Part shown: piece by piece, positions 24,470-38,458 of the stretch
Numbering within the stretch: position 1 is the stretch's first letter
Layout: each line of letters opens with the position of its first letter
Program-made: the position numbers and the translations under genes
The notes under the pieces: model-generated
Database searches by the model: none
The model's input: only the letters and a program-made list of their open reading frames with translations
What the model was told of the DNA's origin: nothing
NCBI GenBank assembly: GCA_964016885.1
Contig: OZ024740.1
Span: 168,578,001 to 168,642,000 of the forward strand
Length of the DNA stretch: 64,000 bases
Source of the DNA: Eledone cirrhosa
Taxonomy: Eukaryota
Reading direction: 5' to 3'

Positions 24470-26328
24470 ATGGTAGTCGGGTCTTCTGTACAACTGCATG
24501 GTGCCGAAGGTCTCGATCCAGTGTCATTTTCTTAGAGAGGTGTAGGTGGGCAAGGTCAGTTTTTATCACCTCGTCCCAGGTTTTTCTTGGTCTACCTTCA
24601 TGTGCATCACATGTCCATACCAATGCAACCTCCTCTCCAGAACACAACATTTGATACTTCTTATGCTTAGTCTCACTCTTAGTTTGTTTATGCTTTGCCT
24701 TTTGCGCACATTACTATTACACGTCCATCAGACCATGCAAGCTTTATTTCTTTCCAATCTACGCAGGTCTTCAGCACACAATGCCCAAGTCTCACTACCA
24801 TGCAATACTACCGTATGTATACATGCATCATGCAATCTGCCTTTCATTTTTAGAGAAAAACTCCTTGTGGCCAACAGCGGTATTAGCTCTCTGAACTTTT
24901 TCCATCCTGTTCTAACTCTGGCTACTACACTTTCAGAGCAGCCTCCTCCACTGCTGATTTTGTCAGCCAGGTAACAGAAGGTGTCTACTATTTCTATAGA
25001 ACTATCTGGGCAGTTGAAAGAGATTTCATCCAGTGGGTCCTTGCTACTTACTGCACCTGATCATCGGCCACATATAAAATCTACATTCTTAGATAGCTTA
25101 CCTGTGATCCCACTACATTTTTTATGTAACCATAGTTTGCATTTGGGACATAGAATGGAGTTTCTGCCTACTCCTTTCTTACACACTGAGCATAGCCATT
25201 TCCCAGAGCATAACTGTGAATTATTCTCCTTTCTGCATACTAGAACCTTAGTCTTAGACAAGTTGACTCTAAGACATTTTGATTCAAGGTCAAGCTTCCA
25301 TATTTGGAACTTCCTCTCTAGTTCAGCCATAGATTCAGCTATGAGAGTTAGATCATCTGCATATAGAAGTTCCCATGGGCAGTCAGCAGTCTTAAACCCC
25401 TCTGTTATAGCCTGTAGGATAATAATAAACAGGAGGGGGCTAAGAATGGAGCCCTGGTGAACCCCTAACATTACACTAAATTCATCACTATTTTCTTCAT
25501 TAATTCTAACCTTGCTATACATGGCTTATATAGCTCTCACAAGCCGTTCTTCCACTCCAGATTAAGGTGCATGGCACTCTGTCAAAGGCCTTCTCCAGGT
25601 CAACAAAAGCTAAGCAGAGTGGTTTACTGTTAGCCAGGTACTTCTCCTGCAATTGCCGTACAACGAAAAGAGCATCCATGGTACTTTTACCTGGCACAAA
25701 CCCAAACTGTATTTCATCTAGATCAATTTGGTCTCTAATCAGTTGAGTAATAACTCTTTCGGTGACTTTCATAATTTCGTCAACTAATTTAATACCTCTA
25801 TAGTTTCCTCTATCCAGGGCGTCTCCTTTGCCCTTGTAACAGTTAATGATGATGCTGCTACGCCAGTCATTTGGTATGACCCCATTCTGTATTACTTGGT
25901 TTACTATCCGGGTGACCATAGTATGTCCCACCATTCCAGATACCTTCAACATTTCAGCAACTATCCCCAAAGGCCCAGCTGCCTTCATATTTTTGATTGC
26001 CTTACTTACTACACTACCATCAACTTGCACAGCTGGTCCTTCTATTGGATCAATGTGGGACAGACTATCTTTATTCCATTCATTCTCCACATTTAATAGT
26101 CTCTCGTAGTGACACTACCAAGCTATCTTCTTATCACTATCAGTGAGGGCAAATACACCATCGTCATTATGGACACATGTCACCCCGACAATATCACAAT
26201 TCTCCTTGAATGCATTCCTGAATATCTCACGTCTTTGGTCCTCCCGTTGTAGAATATGCTTGAACTTACTATCCTCTGCTTCTCTCTTTGCAAGGTATAC
26301 TTGTTGTCTATCTTTTCTCCTAGTTACC
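24470..26328 (-). mobile_element. Older RTE LINE (family D), fragmented RT
   Basis: ORF pieces 25515-26090 and 25061-25522 with RT motifs and the C4HC3 finger. Confidence 0.92.
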
Positions 26329-26329
26329 C

Positions 26330-26672
26330 GAGGAGCTGGTACAGTAATGCGCCAGCTTCAGCATTCTGAAGAAGGGAGGTAGGCGTAAAAGCCAAACTCA
26401 CTATCTTCAATTTGGCATTTATGCCAACCCTTACCTATGATCATGAATCTTGGGTAATGACCGAACATAAGCGGCTGAAATGGGGTTCCTTCGAAGGGTC
26501 TTTGGAGTAACGTTACTCGAAAGAATACTCCAGGTAGAGCTGCTAATTCTCTGAATTGAGAGATCACAGCTCTGATACTATGGACATGTGGTCAGAGTCA
26601 CGGGAAAGAATCACTGGAGAGTCACTCCAGGTAGAGCTGCTACTTCTCTAAATTGAGAGATCACAGCTCTGT
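26330..26672 (+). mobile_element. Fragment of a different RTE lineage (Rex3/Expander-like RT C-terminus)
   Basis: AGTVMRQL, KAKLTIF, PTLTY.HESWVMT, AAEMGFLRRV, IERSQL.YYGHV; small internal duplication. Confidence 0.7.
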
Positions 26673-26722
26673 CTTAAAAAAAACAAAAATCCCCCAAAAT
26701 ACTGCCAGTTCCACAGACAGAA

Positions 26723-27845
26723 TTAGCAGAAGCACGTGTGTGTGTCCAGGTCAGAGTGCAGGCAAGATCTATAGTGTTCAGGATCTGTCCTTTTTATCTC
26801 AAGGTACAACTTGATGTCATTTGCATATTTCAGTAGTGTGGCATTCTTTAAGTTGGCATCTATGTCATTAATATATGCCACAAACAAAAAGGGGCCCAGA
26901 ACAGATCCCTGTGGTACACCAGATGACATCTCATACGGTGAGAAATACTGTCCTAGAACCGTGACTACCTCTCTTCGACTGAGAATGATGAGCTTCAACC
27001 CGTTAAAAAGATCATCCTTCACACCCATTGCAGAGAGTTTTGCCATACGTCTTTTGTGTGGCACAGAATGGAAAGCTTTAGCAAAGTCAAGGTAAACAAC
27101 ATCCACCCATGAGCCGCCATCAGTGATCCAGGTGATGTCTTTAAGAAACTCGATAAGTTGATCACAGCAGCTGGAGTTTGGGATAAATCCAAATTGCGAG
27201 GGCCGGATAAGGCTGTGAGAGTTCCAGAAGTTCCAAAGTGATTCTCTGACACAGGATTCCATCAGTTTGGCAATGCAGCTAGTATTACTGACTGGATGAT
27301 AGTTTGCGGTCACCCTTTTTGAACAGAGAAATGACACTGGCAGTTTTCCACTGTTCTGGAGTAGCACCGTTGTTCAGACAGAATTGGAAGAGTGTGATAG
27401 CTGGTGCAGAAGGAAGTACCCACGACATTTGAGAAGCAGGTTCGTAACACCATCAAGACCAGGAGAGGCATGGCTGTGTTTATTTTGAAGGTGTAAATTC
27501 CATAGTTGTAATAGAATCCGATGTCAGAGGTGGTGGAGATGGTACACTCTGGTCTTCAACAGTGAAAATGCTTGCATAGCATTCAGCAATGAATTCTGTA
27601 CATTCCCTGGGGTCGTCAGTAGCCTGGCTTGTGTGGGGATTGCGAAGAGGACCAACTAGAGAGTGAGGGCTCTGCTTTGAGTGAACATACTTCCAGAATG
27701 CCTTACTGTCAGGGTTGGATGATATGCGCTGCTCAAATTCAAGCACTGCATTTTTTGTCACCTGCTTGAGATGGTTGGAAGATTTATTTCGCTTTTTCCT
27801 ATTGCTATCTGATTTATGCAGTTTGTACTCATGTTCAGCATTACA
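26723..27845 (-). mobile_element. CR1-clade LINE RT fragment
   Basis: SKAFWKYV, NYHPVS.TS, QFGF, DVVYLDFAKAF, SGVPQGSVLGPFLF, KYANDIK. Confidence 0.9.
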
Positions 27846-27877
27846 GCGTTCTTATATATATATGTATATGCATATAT

Positions 27878-29221
27878 AGGTTGGTGTCCACCAGAGCTCT
27901 GTTCTTAGCCCTCTCCTGTTTATAACAGACTATAACAGAGGAATTTAAGACCGGATGCCCATGGGAACTTCTGTATGCGGATGATGGTACACTTATAGCT
28001 GAATCTATGGTGGAACTAAAGAAGAAATTACAAACATGGAAGCAGGGATTAGAAAGAAGGGGACTCAAAGTAAACCTGTCAAAGACTAAGGTCTTTGTAA
28101 GTAGATGAGAAAACAGAACCCAGATCCCCTCAGTGAAATGGCCTTGCTCAGTATGTAGGAAAGGTGTAGGAATTCTATCCTCTGCCCCAAATGCAAACTA
28201 TGAGTACACAAGAGATGTAGTGGGATCTCAGGAAGTTTAGTTAGGAATGTAACCTTTACATGTAGCAGCTGCACTGGCACAGTAAGTAGAAAACAGCCAC
28301 AGGAAATAAGCGCTACCAAACTCTGGGAGGGCTCTGTAGAAACAGTAGACAGCTTCTGCTACCTAGGTGACCAAATTAGCAGCGGAGGTGGGTGTTGAGA
28401 AAATACAGTAACCAGGGAAGGAAGAAGTTCAGGGAGCTACTGCTACTGCTAGCTGCAAAAGGCTTTTCCCTCAAAATGAAAGGCAGACTATATGATGCGT
28501 GCATACGAACATCAATGTTACATGGTAGTGAGACCTGGGCATTGTGCGTAGATTATAAAGAAATTAACCTTGCATGCTCCAATGGATGTGTAATAGTAAT
28601 ATACGCGAACAGCAAAGCATAAACGAACTGAGAGAGAGAGACTGAGCATAAGAGGAATCAAATGCTGTGTGCAGGAGAGGAGGATGCGTTGGTATGGACA
28701 TGTGATGCGTATGAAGGATGACAGCTGCATAAAAAGGTGCAGAGCACTAAAAGTTGATGGGAGCCATGGAGTGGGGAGACCCAAGAACCCCTGGAATGAG
28801 GTGATAAAAGTGGACTTTGCCCAATTGCACCTCTCAACAGCGATGACACAGGACCATGACCTCTGACGTCACGCATTAATACAGAAGACCCAACTTCCAA
28901 TGGAAAACAAGCCGAACCATATAGACAATATGCCTCCCTCACCTCCCACTGCAAAGTGGTTGTGGAGGTGTCACAACAAAAAAGCACCCAGACCACACTG
29001 TAAAGTTGAAGTGTAGGTGACACGGAAAAAAGCACCCAGCACTCACTGTAAATGAGGTTGGTGTTAGGAAGGGCATCCAGCTGTAGAAATCAAGCCAGAA
29101 TCAGTTCCTGTATGAGCAACACAAGGTCAGCCGACCTAACATTGACCACAACAGGACAACCCCTCTAACCCATGCTAGCGTGGAAGAATCAATATAAAAC
29201 GGTGATGATGATGAAGATGAT
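27878..29221 (+). mobile_element. RTE LINE family A, decayed 5'-truncated copy
   Basis: [21 protein letters not shown] with frameshifts; family A 3' UTR and tail. Confidence 0.92.
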
Positions 29222-29223
29222 CT

Positions 29224-29230
29224 GTATATA

Positions 29231-29319
<89 letters not shown>

Positions 29320-29390
29320 GTATGTATATATATATATGTATATATATGTATGTATATATATATATGTATATATATGTATGTATGTATATG

Positions 29391-29431
<41 letters not shown>

Positions 29432-29502
29432 ATATATATATATGTATATATATGTATGTATATATATATATGTATATATATATATGTATGTATATATATA
29501 TG

Positions 29503-29573
<71 letters not shown>

Positions 29574-29588
29574 GTGTATATATATATG

Positions 29589-29621
<33 letters not shown>

Positions 29622-29740
29622 GTGTATATATATATGTATATATATATATGTGTATATATATATGTATGTATATATATATATGTATATATATATATAAATG
29701 TATATATATGTATATATATATATGTATATATATATGTATG

Positions 29741-29771
<31 letters not shown>

Positions 29772-29870
29772 GTATGTATATATATATATGTATATATATA
29801 TATAAATGTATATATATGTATATATATATGCATATATATATATATATATGTGTATATATGCATATATACA
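29224..29870. repeat. ~650-bp G-interrupted (TA)n tract
   Basis: Direct observation. Confidence 0.95.
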
Positions 29871-29958
29871 TGGAAAAAAACCGTCTAACCCATGCTAGCA
29901 TGGAAGATGGACGTTAAACGATGATGATGATGATGATTATCAAATATGTGTGTGTATG

Positions 29959-30028
<70 letters not shown>

Positions 30029-30761
30029 TATATATATATATATATATATGCATATATATATATATATATATATATATGGATATATATATATATATATGCA
30101 TATATATATATATATATATATATATGCATATATATATATATATATATATGTGAATGAAGAATGGCGTGTGCGTTGTTGCGAACATGAACATATGAATAAA
30201 AATAGACCAAGAGATATAATGTCCTCATCAGTAGTCTGCTGATTATCGTTGGTATTTTGATGCATTAAAGACTAGATACCTAAAATCAGTGCGAGCGATG
30301 ACTCAATTAAGTTATCAGAACAGTGGGAAAACAGAGGGAAGGAAACAAACACATGGTAGTAATGCAACGTAAAGAGAGGAAAATCCTGTGGGCTTAAGTC
30401 CGACAAATCAAATTGATGAGTAGAAATAGACATGTCCGAGCCGCGAGAAGTTTGAGAGAGGAAAGAAATTCAAGCAGGTCAGACGGGAGGAAGTGAGAGA
30501 GGGGGAGAAGCAGAGAGGGAGTGAGTGAAAGTGTGAGGAAGGGGCCAGCCGAGAGTGAGTGACCAGCAGCGGGAGTTGAGGAAGGTGAAGGAGAGAGAAA
30601 AGGTGATAGCAGTAAGGTGCCAGATATATATACATATATATACATACATATATATATACATATATATATATACATATATATATACAGATCATCTTCATCA
30701 TCATCATTATCACCGTTTTACATTGATTCTTATATATATATGTATATGCATAGAAACTGTG

Positions 30762-31009
30762 AAACAGAGAAACTGTGTCTGAGAGGGATAGAATGTAGTG
30801 TGCGAGAGAGGAGACTGAGGTGGTATGGACATGTGATGCGCATGGAGGATAACCGATGGGTGAAGAAGTGCCAGGAAATGCCCTCAGATTGCTGAAGCTC
30901 ATGGTGGAGATGACGAAGGGCCGTGACAAGTGGAGAGATGCTGTGCTGAAGACCTGTCCCACCCTTGCAAGCAGGGAAAAGCGGACATAAAATGATGATG
31001 ATGATGATG
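30762..31009 (+). mobile_element. RTE LINE family C, short internally deleted 3' copy
   Basis: [23 protein letters not shown]; cccacccttgcaagcagggaaaagcggac tail. Confidence 0.88.
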
Positions 31010-31119
31010 CATATATATATATATATGTATATACATATAATAATAAATTTGAAGACTAAAATCCAAAGAGGGCTCGATAAGGATAAATATATATCAAATA
31101 TATAAGGACCGTAGAGCAA

Positions 31120-31256
31120 ATATTTATTAAAATAACAGATTAAAGTTTAAGCAAAGAATCGTTGCTTTCACCCTTAACTGGATCCTCAGAAGATCCTGTT
31201 AAGGATGAAAGCAGCAATTCTTTGCTTAAACTTTAATCTGTTATTTTAATAAATAT
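31120..31256. repeat. Fold-back inverted repeat (65-bp arms, 7-nt loop)
   Basis: 31120-31184 vs 31192-31256, about 4 mismatches; minus strand reads CTGAGGA...GAAA from the loop. Confidence 0.88.
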
Positions 31257-31267
31257 ATATATATATA

Positions 31268-31746
31268 CTGATAAACTCCGACATCACACACTTACACCTC
31301 TCCAAGACAATGTCACTGGACCGAGACCTTTGGCGGTACTCAGTAACAGAGAAGACCCGCCTTACCTAAATATATAGTAAAACCTACTCCAGCCAGTAGG
31401 CATCTCTAACAAAATACACCCCGTCCCACCACCACCACCCCCACCCGATCCACACCACCCCGTTCTATGTAAAGTTATGTTGGTGCCGCGCCATCCAGGC
31501 CGAAACAAATGAGATCGTGTAGGTGTCACGACAAAAAAACACACAGTCCACGCTGTAATGTGGCCGTGTAGGCAACACGGTAAAAACCTCCCAGACCCAC
31601 ACTGTAAATGTGGTTGGTGTTAGGAAGGGCATCCAACTGTAGAAAACCTGCCAGACAGTCCTATGCGAGCAAGACAATCACTCTTGCCTCAAGTGGGACT
31701 ACCCCCGTCCAAACCCATGCAAGCGTGGAACACGGACGTTAAACGT

Positions 31747-31780
<34 letters not shown>
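31268..31780 (+). mobile_element. RTE LINE family B, 3' copy nearly identical to 5925-6424
   Basis: Shares diagnostic variants (gggactacccccg, ctccagccag) with the copy at 5925. Confidence 0.92.
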
Positions 31781-31824
31781 ATATATATATATATATACAC
31801 ACATGTGTGTGTGTGTATATAATT

Positions 31825-32015
31825 AATAATTGTTTCTACTTTAGGCACAAGGCCAGCAATTACCCAGTACATTACTGGTACTTTATTTTATCGACCCTGC
31901 AAGGATGACAGGTAAAGTTAACCTCGGCGGGATTTGAACTCAGACTGTAAAGGGACGTAACTATGCTAGAAAACATGGCGTCCAACCCTCTATCGTTACT
32001 GCCAATTCACCGCCC
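31825..32015 (-). mobile_element. Second tRNA-headed SINE family (central tttcatccttacggggtcgataaaataaagtaccag domain)
   Basis: Copies at 40521-40700, 53278-53470, 53729-53917, 53929-54121; B box GAGTTCAAATC. Confidence 0.85.
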
Positions 32016-32265
32016 TGTATATAATTTAATAATGTATATATGTGTATATAATTAATAATGATCATGATGATCATCATCATCGTTTAACGTCCATCTTCCA
32101 TGCTAGCATGGGTTAGACGGTTTTGTTCCATTTGATGCAGGAATGGTCACTTGCACGGCAGCATCTCTGGCAGGTTTTTTTTACAGCTGGATGCCCTTCT
32201 TAACACCAACCACATTTACAGTGTGGACTGGGAGCCTTTTCACCATGTCTCCTACATGGCCACAA

Positions 32266-35015
32266 TAATGTGTTAGAAAAAACATACAAGGCATGATCAG
32301 AAAAATTATATTATTTAATTATATGTTTTTACATGTTTCATTATTGAGTTATGTCACCATCTATGTATTTGTTTAAATGGACGTTAAACGAAGATGATGA
32401 TGATGATATTTCCATACTACAATGGATGTTTTAACATCAACAATTCATCAGAAAATGTGAAGCAAATTCCAAAAAAATCTCCAAACAAACATGAATAGAC
32501 TTAATAATATAGAAGGAATACCAGTCAAGGCTGACACAACTGTTAATATAAATTCCATGGACAGCAACATCTATAATAAATTTATTCTTAAGGAAATACA
32601 GAAGAAATAAAAAAATTACCCCCCAAAATCCGCCATTAATGATATTACTAATGAGGGTCGTAAAATAGTAAATAAATTAGATTTAGCTAACCAAACAGAA
32701 CCACTAGAACCTAGATGTTCAACCTTAAATTTAAAGGTCCATAAAACAACTTTGAATCTCACCACACTATCAGATTCATATGTCACTCTAAATCAGATAT
32801 AAGTAAAAATATATTAAAGAGAATATTAGTTAAAAACAAATTAGGTTATTGATAACACTTTGGGGCAATTAAAATGAGGTTATAGACTTGTTTAATGAAA
32901 TAGAGGATAAAAAACATCTAAATTTATACAGTTTGATATTGATGATGACTATTCATCAATTTCAGCCATTCTCCTCAATAAGACCCTTGCCTGACTTAAT
33001 TAAAGATGAAGTTGACATAATAATAGTAGCTAGACGCTCAGTCATCTGATTCGATAATAAGTACTGAATACGTAGGGACAGAACAAATAATTTTGGCATC
33101 ACTATGAGATCAAGCGACTCCGCCCAAGTTACCAACTTAGTTTGTGTTTACCTAACTCATAATCTATATAATGAATTTGTTGATCTTCACGGCGGTATAT
33201 ATAGAGATGATGTTCTTCTATTAGGAATTACAATGATCAAAAATTAGAAAGAAGATGTAAGGTCATAAGATCATACTTCAAATGTATGGACCTAAAAATT
33301 ACTTTCGAGCATAATTTCTTAGGTGTAACTCTCAAACTCAATTCTAACCTGTTTGAACCTTACCATAAAGTTAACGAAAATCTGACTTATATTAACAGCT
33401 ACTCCAATCATCCTAGATCCATTATAATTTCTATCACCAAGGGGGTATCATTTAGGATCGTTCGACTTCCTACATAGATATATTTAAGGTACATGCCGAC
33501 TATTATAATGCAGCACTATGAAGGGCTAGTTATGAGGAGGAAATAAACTATATTCCTAACAGTAAAGACACTCAACAACACAACTGAACAAGAATGAATA
33601 CACTCCGAACACACCATCATAAATTGGGAGTAAGTAGCTATCACATAACTTACAAGTCGAATTATAATCTGGTTGGAACAACAAATATATCTCTAACAAA
33701 ATCCTGAGCTACTAAAACACCTGGACAATCCCAAAGTAAATCATACCTATGGTATAATCCTTCTCACAACAACTTAGTTAAAACTAAACTACTTCATATA
33801 TTCTTCAAGTTACTAGATAAGAACTTTCTGCCATTTCATAGATACCACAACATTTTAAATAGGAACACAATCAGACTGTCATACTCTACAACAGTGAACC
33901 TTGAAAGTTATATAGCTGGTCTAAATAATAAATGCCTCTGTAAACATAACAGCAGCATACAGAATTCAATTCAATATAATAACCTGACCTCATCACCATC
34001 TCAACCTGTTGTACCATGCCAAAATAACAAGAATATAGGACCCTTCATATTTCAACCTATTAAATCGTCTACTCCAAAGGAAAAAAACTGATTTTAATCA
34101 TCAACAAACACTGGTTTTCAGATATGTAGGGTCAAATTTCTTTAAGAAAAGATGGTATGTACAGACCCATTCATTTAAAAATCCAGAACTCAGAACTTCT
34201 ACTGCCTTAGCTAGCAAAATATGGAATTGAAAAGATGAAAAAATAAAATATAATCTATCTTGGTACATTCTACGATTTTTCTCACCCCTATCGAAGTGAA
34301 AGAAAGGATTGTAATCTTTGTGCAATGGAAATACTGGAAATCTTAGGAAATAATTTACTGAATTGAAGACAAGATAGGATATTCAACTGTAAACAGAAGT
34401 TCCTAAAAACATTCTCTAATTATAACCCTAACTAAACCAGGATTGGAACTTATAACTCTACACTCACTTCAGCCTTTACCAATCCTACCTCGAATAGCCA
34501 ATCGTTATTACATAGACCTGTTTGTTCTTAATTTCAATGTTATCTACAACTGCCAAACTAAAAACGGTAGCACTAATAGAATTTATTATATCTCTACTTT
34601 AAAATTGCCAATACTATATCTTCAACCTTATCTGTAATGGTCATGTGGATACAACTTATACTAAATAGATCTATTACTTGTCATCAGTCTTGGCTTGAAT
34701 ACATTCCATTTAGTCTATAGATGATCACTTTTAAGCCAATGGCAGGTACCATTTATGTACAACCAGAGACTGTTGGATACCCATTGGTCTGCATAATAGC
34801 CACTCCTCCTTATCGCCACTATCAAAATATCTAATAATTATACATTTTCTGATGAATTGTTGACTTTAAAATGTCCATTGTAGTGCGGAAATGATTGGAA
34901 ATATCAATATTTCCTAACAAATCCGTAGACAGTGACACAACTCAATAAATTTTAAAATGTATAATTAAATAATGTTTTTTCTAATCACACATGTATGTTT
35001 TACCTAACACATTAA
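32266..35015 (+). mobile_element. Decayed Penelope-like element (RT + GIY-YIG; Naiad-like motifs) with an inverted pseudo-LTR copy at its 5' end
   Basis: Frameshifted remnants FIQFDIDD, ITM.SSDSAQV, GGIYRDD, NFLGVTL, SNHP, WYNP, NRNTIRLSYS, YVGS, TALASKIW, CNLC, LLN; 32266-32460 is the reverse complement of ~34840-35015. Confidence 0.8.
32326..32455 (-). ncRNA. Hammerhead in the inverted pseudo-LTR; stem II interrupted by an RTE tail scrap
   Basis: tttt-CTGATGA-attgttga...tcaataat-GAAA-catg-TA-aaaa; the partner at 34845 keeps CTGATGA but has lost GAAAC. Confidence 0.65.
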
Positions 35016-35049
35016 TTATATGTACTCTGTGAATTATTGGAACCTGAAA

Positions 35050-35885
35050 AAATACCTTAGGATTTCTTAGAGGAATTTGTCTAAGGAACTTTTGAATTTT
35101 ATTGTTTCTGTCTTGATGTATTTTGGAATGGTATTTAAGAGAGTGAAGCCAGTTGAGGTGAAGTAGTTGTGTTGTATTGTTGCTATAAGTTGCTAATTTG
35201 ATTTTTGTAGTGGGCGGATAGCATGGAAACCAACCTCTGGTTGGATTTTAAAGGTGATGCCAACAGCATTTGGGCAATATTGATGGAGTATTTTTCACAT
35301 CATACAGACGATGTAGAACTCACAGTGACATTAAAGAGAGTAGAGTTTATGTTTTTCTAGTTGACCCCAATAGTCAAGGTTTGTCAGACCGCCTATCTTT
35401 TTTGTAATTGACCTATGTGGTGCTTCAATTTTCATAATATATTGTTTTGTGTGAGGAGACCACTGTGTACAACAGTATCCAAGGTGGGGTTGGGCAATTG
35501 TAGAATAGACTAGGATGATGGTGTGAATTTCTCTAGACCAGAACATTTTGAGAATCCAGGAACACATCCTGTGGGCCAAGTCAACTTTATTGTTTATGGG
35601 AGTACTCCAGCTTAAGTTATTGTTAACAATTACTCCAAGGTCTCTGGTGTTGTTTGATGCCATGAGCGTTTCAGCTGAGGGGAGGGAATATGCTAACTTC
35701 AATTCATCCTTTTTTACAAAACAGATTAATTTGAATTTATTTTCATTTAGTAGCATATTGTTTTTTGTTTTTGTCACCATTGGAAGACCTGGAGCTGATC
35801 TGAATAAAGGCATGTCTGGCCTTCCACACTGTTGATGACTTTCTGGAGCTTGGAATCATCTACAAAATTCTTATTTTGCTGTGAT
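35050..35885 (-). mobile_element. CR1-clade LINE 3' fragment
   Basis: NNMLLNENKF, RDLGVIVNNNLSW, YCC..WSP, LDYWGQL..LYSL. Confidence 0.85.
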
Positions 35886-36148
35886 TGATGATGTGTATAT
35901 ATATATATATATATAAATATATATTCAGCGAGAATCATATTTCAGCTGGTAGAAAAAGTGAAATGAAACGCAAAATCGTAGAAATGCTGGCAAGCGCTCC
36001 AATAGTTAAGAAAACTAGAGCTAAACAATATGTTAAAACGCCATACAAACTGAAAAGTGGTCAAGAAGGCATTAACCACCTAAGCCAAAAAGCAAGTCAA
36101 GCTAAACAGGACAAACAAAATAAATGATATAAACAATATATATATATA

Positions 36149-36490
36149 CAGTTGTCCCCTGGTATTGGCGGGGGTTACATTCCTAGAGCACCCACAAAGA
36201 GTGGAAAACCGTGAATATTGGATGTGGTCTATAAAAATGCCTATAAACGTCAAAATATAATGCAAAATATAATAAAAAAAGAGGGACCTTCTTATGCAAA
36301 GCAGTGTACAATAGGCTGGCAAATACGGTATATTGTTATTAATAATTTAGTGTTAAAAAATATATATTGCCACAAAAAGCCATAACAAAAATTGCGGAAG
36401 ATATTTACAATTCCACAAATGTGCAGTGTTTCCACGAACAATTATTAGTTAGATTCTAAGGAAAATTCTGCAAACAACTGGGACCGCGAC
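36149..36490. mobile_element. pogo/Tigger-like MITE (second copy 45927-46163)
   Basis: TA-cagttgtcccctggtattggcgg end matches the inverted end ccacgaatgccaggggtatactg-TA of the second copy; shared interior. Confidence 0.7.
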
Positions 36491-36529
36491 ACATACACGC
36501 ACACACACACACACATACCCATTTTGTTT

Positions 36530-37262
36530 ATGTGAGAATAAGTCTTATGACCATAGTAGAGATTATATGATGCATATGAGCAAACTGCCATCTACATGGC
36601 AGCGAGATGTGGGCTTCCAGTGTAGAATTGCAGAAAGGTTTGGGACAAAATCATTAAGAATAATCTCAAAAAACGAAACTTCACGAAGGAGCTGATGTAG
36701 GATTAAGTTGACTGGAGATTTGCTGTACTACAAAATATCTGACCACTAGTTCAAGCACTGCAACAGTAAAGGTAAATATGATGATAGATTGAAGACTACA
36801 TAGAGTGAAGAGGTCTCTTAGATTGCAGTAGATGATTGCCACAATGAAACACACAGGAACAACATTGATGATATGACAGAAAGCATCCACTACACTCTGT
36901 AATGTGGTTGGTAATCAAACTGAAACTATATAGAGAGGATTATTCAATTTGGCTCAGTGTATGACAATTTCTCTAGTGCTGGTACCACTATAAAAAGCGC
37001 CCAGTACATTCTGTAAAGTGATAGTGCTGGTGCCATGATAAAAGGCACTCAGTACACTCTGTAAAGTGGTAGTGTTGGGGCCACAATAAAATGCACCTTG
37101 TACTACCTTGTTCATATTAGGAAGGGCAACCAGCGATAGAAACCATGCCAAGTTAGGAAGGTTGGAGCAAGATGAGTTCTCTCCAATCAGTCTAATCTCA
37201 GATCCTGACAACCAATCCAAACCTGCCTGCATGGAAGTAAGATATAGAATTAGGATGATGAA
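36530..37262 (+). mobile_element. Ancient RTE 3' remnants with 3-4 copies of the ~45-bp 3' UTR repeat
   Basis: Degenerate RLYDA..TAI.HGSE.WA; repeated gtgctggtgccac..aaaagcacccagtaca.tctgtaaagtg. Confidence 0.6.
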
Positions 37263-38249
37263 AGCCATATGTAGCTAATTTCTTTTGTTTGAATTACTGT
37301 AATAAGATCTTAAATGTTTCGGTGAATTTTGTCTTTAAAAACAACTTGAAGTGGACAAAGGGACAGCCTTTTTGTAAAATCTTGCTCTTATCTAATCAAT
37401 TGCAGAATCATATTGTGTGGCTATGGATGTTTTAAATTTCTCATCCCTAGTCAATAAAGAGACAAGTGATATCAATGTAGTTTATATTGAGTGTGTTATC
37501 TTATAGGTTAATAGATGGAGGTTGAAATGTATCTGGGAAGAGATTTCCAGAAAAAAATTTGATTATAAGGATTAGGGGAAATATTTAGCAAAAGTTCTTG
37601 GCTGTGAGATAGAGAGTGATATGTTTTCGATGTTTGCATAAGTTTAGCAGGTTCTCTCCAGTACAGTATTTAACCACACTTTTTGATTTTTTGCTAGACA
37701 TTTTATGTATATTAGTTGTTAGATTTGTACATGAGAAAACTGTATAGGGGCTCTTTTGTTCTTGAGTAAAACACTTAATTTCACATTACTTCAGTCAACT
37801 CAGCTCAAAAAATGAGTACCAACAGCAGCTGGGGGTTTAACCCTTCAATGAGCTGGCATCCAGTTCCAGTCAATTAACACCATTGAAATTGGGATTAGTT
37901 CCAGGCTAATGGGTCTCTAAGCATGCAAGAGGCATTTTTAAAGTAGTTATTTACACAGGAGAAATGGAGAAGAACTAAGGTGAAGAGTATTGTAAATGAG
38001 ATAGAATAGGCTTTAAAAATATTGGCTTCATAAATGAGTTGATACAGGATAGAAATAGCTGGTGCCTATCTAATTTCTGTTGGAATAGACTGATGATGTA
38101 GATTTTTCTATAAACTTTAGCGGGAGGGTGCAAGAGTAGTTTGTGTTGTTGTAGGAGTTGAGATAAATTCCTAACAAGGACTGAACATAATAGAATCAAA
38201 TTCCCATTGTCACGGCCACAGTCTCTCTCGCTCTCCCCTTCTCTCACTA

Positions 38250-38458
38250 TTATAAGCAAATGGGGGCCCACATGCTGGCTGTCCCGCGACCTTGGTTGAC
38301 AGAATAGAGAAGGCATATCCCAGGAGGAGGGTGAGGGAGAGGCATTGGAAGAGCCATTCCAGCTCGTGAGGCTCACACCTGTGGGTAGCCAACTCCGTGC
38401 TGATGTTGGTGAGTAGGGAGGTGGTCCTAGGGCTAAGGACACCAGAAGTCTCCACTGC
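38250..38458 (-). mobile_element. C-terminus of a CRE-like (restriction-like endonuclease) non-LTR element
   Basis: AVETSGVLSP...EP.ELEWLFQ.LSL..L.G.A.SIL resembles the VETxG...QRLSxAxxRGNAxSI terminus of CRE-clade ORFs. Confidence 0.6.

Noticed and set aside
36975-37100. CRISPR-like regularly spaced repeats
   Set aside because: Degenerate contiguous ~45-bp units of the RTE/SINE 3' region; no unique spacers, no cas genes, eukaryotic context
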